Positions 55,079 to 64,000 of a DNA stretch of 64,000 nucleotides are shown piece after piece. The DNA is taken from the NCBI RefSeq assembly GCF_902652985.1, contig NC_047033.1, positions 10,106,001 to 10,170,000 of the forward strand. The letters are read 5' to 3'. The notes below the pieces were generated by a model that was given only the letters and a program-made list of their open reading frames with translations, ran no database searches and was not told the origin of the DNA. A program made the position numbers and the translations under genes. Source of the stretch: Pecten maximus (Eukaryota). How positions within the stretch are numbered: the stretch's first letter is position 1; each line of letters opens with the position of its first letter.

Positions 55079-55295
55079 CGATGGCCGAGTGGTTAAGGTA
55101 TCCAGACACTTTATCACTAGCCCTTCACCTCTGGGTCGAGAGTTCGAAACCTACGTTGGGCAGTTGCCATGTACTGACTGTAGGCCGGTGTTTTTTCTCC
55201 GGGTACTCCGGCTTTCCTTCACCTCCAAAACCTGGCACGTCCTTAAATGACCCTGGCTGTTAATAGGACGTTAAACAAAACAAACAAACAAGCAA
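55079..55295 (+). mobile_element. tRNA-derived SINE (second subfamily) with 10-bp TSD
   Basis: A-box tggccgagtggttaa, B-box gagttcgaaacc, core ttttctccgggtactccggctttcc and tail gacgttaaac(aaac)n. The direct repeat tcctaaattg occurs at 55069-55078 and 55296-55305. Confidence 0.9.
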
Positions 55296-56094
55296 TCCTA
55301 AATTGTACAATTGATATGCTTCTTAAACATGCGTATCACAAATATGTCAAGACAATTTGAGAGTTGGAGGGGTTTATAAGATGGCATAATGTCATTAAAA
55401 CCATTCTAAGGTTTAAGCGCTAAAAACAACCCTATTTTACAGTTAGTCTACTTGACACGAATAGCATATTTAGTAAATCGTGGCGAAATACTATAAAAAA
55501 TAATCATCAGTAATCCAAGCGAATCGTATCCAATTCCTATTTTATTATATGTACATTTGTATATCATAGTTCACAACACGTATTAAAGAAGGTCAAATGG
55601 CTAATTTTTATCTCTCTGACGATATTACTTCCCTGTCTGTTTTTGACGACATACACTCTCAGCTCTCCCTAAATCAAACACCACATACCTAATTAGGCCA
55701 TAACATCATAACTGTAACGGACGTTCGTGGTGTTTATTATCAATCGACATCTCAAAAGCGACAGCACCCGATATGACAAATATATATTTATTAAAAGAGC
55801 GCGCTAATGAATTATCTGTGCCTTAATGTACTCTATTCAGTTAATCTATGGCTATGTTTTTTTCTGACTCTTAGAAAGTAGCTTTTCTCATACACGTACA
55901 TTGAATGATAGGAATGACGTCAAAATAGAGTCCTATTTTTTCTCTCCTGAGTATCAATACGTAAGTGATGGAAATATTATTTCAAGCGTATTCAATATTT
56001 TTCTTAATTAGATGTTTTTAGTTACTGAATGTCAATTCAGATTTAGCTCGGAGAATTTTAATGATTTGGATAAGTTTAAGTGCAATTAATGCTA

Positions 56095-56357
56095 GGAAAG
56101 AAGCATTCGCAATTTCACACATTGTGTTTTTTTTATTTATTAAAAGCAAACCGATGTGTGACAAAAAGAAACCTCATACAGAATTCTTCCAGCATTTGGC
56201 CACGTAATACAGTGGTTTTAAAAAACAATTTAACGGATAACAAGTGTTTTTAGCGGGTGGAGTACTACATGTTTAGTATTTGGCGGAATTTAAGACAGGT
56301 TTTCCTCAAGGTTCTATCTTACGATCCCTACTGTTTTTAATATTTATAAAGGACATA
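56095..56357 (+). mobile_element. Degenerate LINE reverse transcriptase fragment
   Basis: 56298-56357 translates GFPQGSILRSLLFLIFIKDI (compare GVPQGSILGPLLFLIFINDI), with QWF..LTD-like residues upstream. Confidence 0.8.
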
Positions 56358-56399
56358 ACGTTGATTGCATTTTGTATGTTGATGATACTTCAATTTATG

Positions 56400-56612
56400 T
56401 TCTGATACGTGCAAGGAAGAGTTATACGAACTTATGTGCATCAAAATTGTTGGCCCCGAAGGACGCGCACGAGGTATATATCTTACTGTGGGAGGAAAGC
56501 GGATTACCTTGAGAAAACCCACGAGGTCGGGCAGATGACCCCATACCTTTTCACGTGCGATCGGGGAACCAAACCGCCTAGGTGAAAGGCAAATGTGTTA
56601 CCACTGTGCCAA
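56400..56612 (-). mobile_element. tRNA-derived SINE (V-domain type)
   Basis: Reverse complement of the 23066/46211 SINE family (gagaaaacccacg, gaccccataccttttcac, gtgttaccactgtgcca). Confidence 0.85.
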
Positions 56613-57580
56613 CAGGCTAATACTCACCCAACTTATTACTAATCCAACTATAATTGGAAGGTGAACATTGTATATCTGTCTTTGGAAATATTTGAATAAC
56701 CTTATTGTTAAAACAGAAATATAAATCGAAAGTGGCGTTGAGAGTGAAATAATTGCAAACCGAAATGTGTCTATTTCGTTTCCATATGTTTTCTTGGTCG
56801 TCATCAATACGAACTGCCGATGTTACATCAACGGACACAGACATCTTCATATCTGAGGATGAAACACCGGTAAAAGGTCCACTATCAGACAAGAATTTAC
56901 ATGAATGTCAAGAGACAGTGGAATATTGCGTTATGGCATTATCGGTTTCTACTCTATGATAAGCGGCCACTGGTCAGCCGAGTTATTATCAGACGTTAAA
57001 ATTCCGGCCGCTATGTCACAAGCGTCTGTCAAAAGTAACTCGTCAGCAAACCTCTGGTATGGTAGTATCTTACCCTTAATCCCATGGCGGTCATGCTGCC
57101 AATAACTGCCCTAATCCACGCGACAGATGTATCAGGATTACAGGACCTGTCGGACTTGGAATTATGCAAATCAGGTTTCCGTGACCCAATATGTCTGTCT
57201 GTATTTCGAGAATTTTTCATTGCAGATTTTGTATAAATGACAATAGACATTTGATAACAAATTTAACGGAGCCAAACAAGAAAGAGTCGCTTGTCAAAAT
57301 CAGTTAAGCTTTTTGTTTCCTTGTATGATATATTACGTTAGACATATTCGATGTTTGTTGACACATTTCTGTGGTCTAATGGTCCTGTTGTTACAATCCT
57401 GGTTCTCATTTTGAACTTAATTGTCCCTTAAAACCGAATTGATTTCAGTGTTTGCTAGTATAATTACAATATCTATAAGATGTTAAAACGGCAGAAATAA
57501 TTGGGTTTTGAGACAATTTGACCGAGATTTGTAAAACGGTTGTCGCTGAAGCAGAAGATGCTTAGTCTCCCGGAACACCA

Positions 57581-57754
57581 GGGCCCAGTTGTTCAAAAGG
57601 TGATTAGGCTAATCGTAGTTTAAAAAATCTCGATAAAATCATTTCTGGTAAAACTAGCTTGATATTTCAATTTTACGAAACTCATGTTGTGTAGTGATGA
57701 GGAAATAAGATATTCCCTGATCAAGTGATTAAGCTAATTTTGAACAACTGGCCC
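57581..57754. mobile_element. PIF/Harbinger-type MITE inserted into a Penelope-like 3' repeat
   Basis: TIRs gggcccagttgttcaaaa / ttttgaacaactggccc. It interrupts gaagcagaagatgcttagtctcccggaacacc|..tgtctt, the motif seen uninterrupted at ~27150. Confidence 0.75.
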
Positions 57755-60700
57755 TTGTCTTCTTATACTTTGTTAATGGTCTATATATATATTTATAGTT
57801 TTTGCCCTCGGGTTATCGATTTTGGGTTGAAATTACAATTTCGTTATTTCGTTGTTTTTGCCATTTCAGTGTATTTTTCCATCTTAAAGAATTATTGTTG
57901 TTAGAGTATTAGTCAAAAAACAAAAGCGTGTTTTACAGACCCCTCGAATGCTTCGCCTTGGACTAGATTTCCCAGCTTAATTCTGCATATTTGACGAAAT
58001 TTTGGCCGCAGGCTTAGTTTTCAAATATCAATTATTTTTGCTTTTTGACATTTTCCCCTTGAAACTGAATCGATTTCAGTGATCGCTGCTGGAATAATGA
58101 TAATATGATGTTAAAATGAAAGAAATAATTGGGTTTAGAATACAAAAAAAAATCCCCAGTGGTTAAAGTCGTTCCAAACTGGCGATCCCCAGTGTTGCAT
58201 TTCTTTTGTTTGTTTGTTTCTTTCTTTCTTTCTTTCTTTTCATTTTTGTTTTTTGTTTTTGTTTTTTAACCTCTGAAGAGGAATTATATATGAATGGAAA
58301 AACAGACACAGAGACACTCTTTTTCTGACCTACATGTACCTAAATGTTCAAATAATTGCAAAATCACACTGGTAACTACTTCTGTATTTATTTTAGACAC
58401 ATCCTCTTACATGTATATTTGTTAACATCTGTCGCGCAGATAAAAAAAAAAAAAACCCCGTTTGAGTAATGTATGCCCCCAAACACCACGTTATGGACGT
58501 ACACCGCCGGGTTTTTAAAACAAAAACCCCACGAACTCCAAAGTTTTTGATTTCAAAACATTTGTATTCCAATGACCTTCCCAATTTAGGCGTTTGCACA
58601 TTGTAGAAATCGCATCCCATGAATGAAGCTTGATCAACAGCCATTCAGAATAAAGTTTACATATTATTAAAACAATGCAGCCAATCCGAATTAATGTTTC
58701 ATACCTAACAAACACGATTCAGCAAATCAAAACAATAGTTGCATAAATGTCATGTGTATTTTAACTAATCGTCGCCCCTTACGGAGTGTTCTCCGTGTTT
58801 CACTCTTTTGACCCGTGGGAGTACTGGCTTGAAAACCTCCTTTTTGACATGAATATTCGTATTTCTATCGACCAGTCACAATGCTTCTTTTAATGAATCT
58901 CTTCTTAGAATAGAAAATAGAAACAGTATACCAAGAGAGCTGCACTCATGTGTCGGCATTTATTTTGTTACCTGACATCTTTGCAGACAAGCTAAAAACA
59001 TATAAAACGAGGTTTCTGATTGGTCAGATTTTCTACGAAACCAATCAGATTACTAGAAATGGTTTGTAAATAATTCATTAATACGAGCCTTTTTGTGCCG
59101 GTGTCCCCACATGATCGATCGGAGCTGTTCGAAGACAGATCAGGCGAGTAACGACGGTGTCATAATGGCTACGTCCGAGTCACTGACGATGCAACCAATC
59201 AAAATGAGGGTTATAACTACGGAACAAATGAAGTCACCACTTCCGGTTTACGACAATGACGCTGCTTTACCTTAATCACACCATCAAATACATATTACCT
59301 TGATGTGGGGACCGATCATTTTTATTATTGATAATGGAACCATATCTTAAAAGTGTTTGCTAAGTTTTACAGCTCCTTAAGGTGTTGTTCTGTGAAGTAT
59401 TCGTCATCTAAGCTGAGATTAACACACTACATAACATCGGTGTGTTGCGTGAACGACAAAGCAGACATCGGGGTGAACATTATCTTGTATGTGTTTTAAA
59501 TATATATATATATCACTATGAATCTTTCATCGTTATACCTAGAAACCCTCGTTCCGTCGTCGTGTGGGGGAAATCTCCGAAAAAGTAATCATGAATATAT
59601 AATGCCAAAATGCCAGGTACGGAGTACAAACACAGCGCGTGCAAAAAGAATGCGTATCAACTGCACTTTTCGCATGAGTAAGGAAACATGTTATTTGCTT
59701 AATATGCATAAGCGGTATTTTACGACGGATCTTAACCATATATACATATATATATATATATATATACATAGTCACTAAGAGACAAAAGATAAACCCTCGT
59801 GCCAACGAGTGCTCGTGAAAATCTGAGGTGAGATAATGAAACTTTTGTTCTGATAGACATCACTTAACCCTCACGGCCGCTAAAAGAGAGAGCCACAAGT
59901 TCGAATGTACATGTACTTAAGCCGATATACATAGTAAGCTTTACTTCTGCATAAAAATCGTCCGAGAACTGATTGATAGCAGAATGATGTCCGTTTGAGC
60001 CAGAGCAGAAATCGATAACTCTGCCAGACATTGCCAGGCTTTGTTTGACAGTATTCCTCGTTATTGCATTGGAACTTTTTTTTCATTTTTTTTTACCAAA
60101 CCTCTCCCGTGTGGAAAGCGAAACTATTTTTCATTTGATCCAATTTTTCATTAAAGGAAACGACTTGAAGGTCAAGTTGTTTCAAATAAATAAAATGTTG
60201 GATCCCTTTGCCTTCTTTTCTACTTTCGGCATATTCTTTCAAGGAAATCATGTACAAATGTTCAGCTTATACTCCGTCCACCCTATAGAATTTAACAACA
60301 TACATTTTGACAAGACGGCATATTTACATATTTCCAGAAGATTTAAGTCGAGACACATGTTACTTGTACGAGATCCTGCGGCCCTCTGGTACCTCTCACC
60401 GATAAGTTTATTTTTTGGTATATAAATACCCTGAGATAAGGGGGTCAGGATATGACATGAAATAAAGGTCAGGTCTGCGACCATTTCGAGTTAAATGTAT
60501 TAAGGGGTAATGTATGGGGTCAATTTTCTGATTGGCTCAATTTTGACAAAGCGTAATGGTATTTTGGGAACCTTTTTTCATAACCATTATGCATTGATAT
60601 AATAAACCAGTGTCAAATAGTAGGTCACAGTGACATTGTTCAATATGTGGTAGAAGCTAATTGATATTAAGTCAAAACATTGAACCCTTCCCACCAGTCG

Positions 60701-62429
60701 AAGTTTTCTTTTTATTTTCGTAAAATTTCAATAATTTTTTTTCAAATTATTATTTGTTTTAAATTTTCTATTGTGTCTACAATCATAATTTGATGTTGGC
60801 ATTGATTTGCCGTTTGGTGCCGTTAAATCATGAGAAGGATGGAAGTGTTTACATGCAAAATTCACTGTAAATTAAATGAGTAACACTTACCTAATTGGAG
60901 AATAGCGAACCCCAATGGACATGAAAAAGAAAGAAAAACGGCTCCTATTAGCAGGTTAAAAAATATAGAATCATTATCATGCAACATTATATTTTGTTCA
61001 GTTTTAAGTGTCGAAAACATCTTATGATAAAACTATTATTGCATTTTGATTTCAGTTAATGTATAGTTTTATAATATAATATATATATATATATATACGT
61101 GTATATCAACCTCGGACTTCAATCTCATCGATATCATTCCTCAAGTTGAAAAAAGCATATATCTACCTTATCAAATGGCAATAACCGTATAGTATATGAA
61201 ACAATGCAACGCAGAGGTCACCCCAACATGCCGGCAATAATTGATAACTAAAATAGCAGTACAATACATTTTACCCCATGACACCCATCCTCGTGTTTCA
61301 ATGACACCAGTAAGAGTGTTATATAAATACATATCATCAACTTCCTAGCAGTTGTACCACCCGCGATCGGAGCTCTGCGAATTCGACTGGCTATCAAATC
61401 GATCCGATCGGCTGTGTGAAGCTCATCCGAGGGGTTCAGATTGACAGTTGAATCTATCAAGAGTTCACTCCCTTGGCTACAAATTGCGACTGTTGCTGTT
61501 TTTGTTGGATGAGTACCGATTACAGCCTGTGCCACCTACTTAAGCTATGTGGGCGGCATTAATGGGTGATATGTCTGCGAATTGTAACTATAGAATTACT
61601 CGAAGGAATAACTAGAAATACAAAATGTAAAACAAACTCAATTTAGTTCCTTTATAAGTTTCGTCATTATCTTTAAAAATAAGTATCAAAGTGAACGATC
61701 GAAATAGTTGATTGACATGAAACAGGAATCCCAAAGGACAGATTGTCGCTGAGTTCTAAAGATGGTTCATCAATCCAAAAATGCCTATCGGCAACTAGCT
61801 ACAAATTCGATAATGTGTTTCCCATACAGAGCATCTGTTGTGCTCGTAAAATATTTAAAGATTATATCAAGCAAAACTTATAAAATTACAGGGACGCATA
61901 ACAAAGCCGTGACGATCAAACTGGAGGGGACCAATTTAATGACAAAACACGATAACAAGTTTACGCGTATAGATTTTTTCTCGTGAAAGATGGTCAACAG
62001 TTTGTCGGATATTATTACGCGCAGTAATTAGGTCCAATGTGTTTGTTCACTTTCGTCTGGAGTACACAGACGTTGACGACACGGACGTATACTAGTCTTC
62101 ACAGAACGACCACACAGGCATTGAGTGTTATAAGCACTCATTTGGGGCTAACAAGTCTTACTAAGAAGAATTCATGCTATTTCTAATTTAATTTCGTGAT
62201 CTAAAACCGGAATATTTTCGCATTTTGGAATTTCAAAGTCATATACCAAGACTACTAGTCGCAAGTCCATAACACATTACCCAGTACAGATTAGTGATTA
62301 GAGACCCGACGAGGATTTAATGGACTCCGTGGAATACTTAACTGTCCCTTATGATGATAAATCATATAATTAGCCATAATAAAAGGACGCCTTGTAAGCT
62401 AAGGATGGCTAAAAGTATTGTTAGCTTAA

Positions 62430-63419
62430 GGGGCATCTAAACAGCAAATCCAGTCAAAACATTGATATTTTACAGGCCTATAAATACCTATTATGGTGCA
62501 ATGTCACAGAAGTAACATGATGAACTTTTAGTATGTATCATGGCAAACCGTGGGACTTAATGTTGACATGTAATTTGTTAAGCTGTTTGTAAATTTCAAC
62601 AAAATGTAAGAAAAATGCATGTTTCAGGGGGACATAATTAACTCATTTGTATCCCATATATTACACAAACTTGCCATGGCGTTTTGCTCACAAGTGTCTA
62701 AAGCACAAAATAGGAGCATTGGTTTGACCAGCTTTGATGTTATTATATGTATAAACGCTGTTTTTATTTTGACCTTGAATTGCAAATGGCGGTCGTGAAT
62801 GATATCACACAAATATGGCATATAAGGAGGTATTTAAAACATCAAAAATGCTCTTATTAGACAATATAAAGTATTTTTGAAGTGGCAAGAAGACTGCTCT
62901 TATGAAAAAATGTTCAACCGTTGAGTTTGGGGTAAAATATGCCTATTTCCGAAAAAGGCTGCAAACTCACCATTTTAACAAATTGACATTCAAATGTTCA
63001 TGTTACTATGATGAGATGTCTTAAAAGTATGATATAGGAGTTTTGTTATTAACTGAAATGCCTCCTTTAAGCCATATTTGTGTAATATTATTCTCAGCCG
63101 CCATTTGCATTTCAAGGTCAAAACAAAATAAGTGTTTATACGTACATACAGTAAAATCCGGTCAAACAAATGCTCCTACTCTGTGCTATAGACACTTGTG
63201 AACATAACAGCATGGCTACTTAGAATTATTCCATGCCAAATCTTACCACAAAGTTACTCTACAGAAGAAACTGGTAGCATCTATAGCATATTATTGGTGA
63301 TTGTGAGAGGGTACATGTCCAAACAAACATTTTGGTATATTACATGACATTTTTTGTGCAAATCTTAAGGTATTTATTCGTGTTTGAAATTCAACACTAT
63401 TCTGCTATATAGATGACCC
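62430..63419. mobile_element. Kolobok-like non-autonomous foldback element (TTAA TSD)
   Basis: TTAA|GGGGCATCTA ... TAGATGACCC|TTAA, with long internal inverted arms ~62666-62836 versus ~63056-63220. Confidence 0.75.
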
Positions 63420-64000
63420 TTAAAGAATATTTACTATTTAAAATTAATTCTAGGTATATTTTTTCATATATAACGTATTTGATTGCCAAAGTTAAATATC
63501 TTCCAAAATTTATGTTTTCTCAATCTATTTTGGCTTTCTAGCTGATACAATTTCCCATGGAAATACTTTCATAAAAAATATTTCAAAAATGAGACAAAAA
63601 AGGGAAATAATTTGAAAAAATGCATTGTATCAATTCTTGTCTTTAAGTTTGTGAATCTCTGGTAATATCTGTTTTGAAAAAGTGTGGGATTTAAAAAAAA
63701 ATTATTTCGACTGTCCCAGAACAGCTGTAAAATGTGTATAACCTCTACATAACGAATGTCCTATAATCCAGTAAATTATGTCCGCTCTATCGAGGTTGTA
63801 TAATATACAGTACTGGTGTTATTTGATCAACTCGCAGACTGACACTATCATAATCGTACCTAGTACGTATGTTCATCGGACGTGCAAATACACGTGTAAT
63901 GTTATTTTTAATGAAGCCACGAGCCTAGTCCTTACTAGACGCGTTTTGTAATTAAATCTCCCAAAGCTAATTAATTCACTAGTGTTGTCAGTTTCCGGCA

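Noticed and set aside
56853-56872. CUGAGGA-U-GAAAC-ACCG-GUA
   Set aside because: No stem II and no stem I; likely chance

Overview
AT-rich, repeat-rich eukaryotic DNA, most likely an invertebrate and probably a bivalve mollusc judging from the SINE, MITE and Penelope-like repeat types (inference). One assembly gap lies at 4344-4498. I cannot support any intact protein-coding gene; the ORF track is mostly noise or repeat-derived. The main feature is the 3.46-kb 'satellite' at 436-3896. Read on the minus strand, it is a head-to-tail array of roughly 80 units in which the 49-nt monomer is nothing but a hammerhead ribozyme (ACAUCA-CUGACGA-GUC[7-nt loop]GAC-GAAAC-AGCU-GUA-UGAUGU-CCCUA). These are interspersed with 33-34-nt units that lack stem II. 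A second 8-unit array of the same family lies at 29854-30231 (+), decayed solo copies at about 21000 and 23351, and an unrelated minimal hammerhead candidate at 9573-9613. Because stem III is palindromic and the inter-unit linker is only 5 nt, adjacent monomers can fold into a complete type III hammerhead with complementary loops I and II. This suggests an ultra-small ribozyme-only 'retrozyme' that may be mobilised by Penelope-like elements, of which several decayed RT/3' fragments are present. The rest of the window holds tRNA-derived V-domain SINEs, degenerate LINE fragments, Kolobok/Harbinger/Helentron-type non-autonomous elements, minisatellites and long DNA hairpin elements capped by GC-GNA-GC mini-hairpins, one pair of which shows a flip/flop apex.
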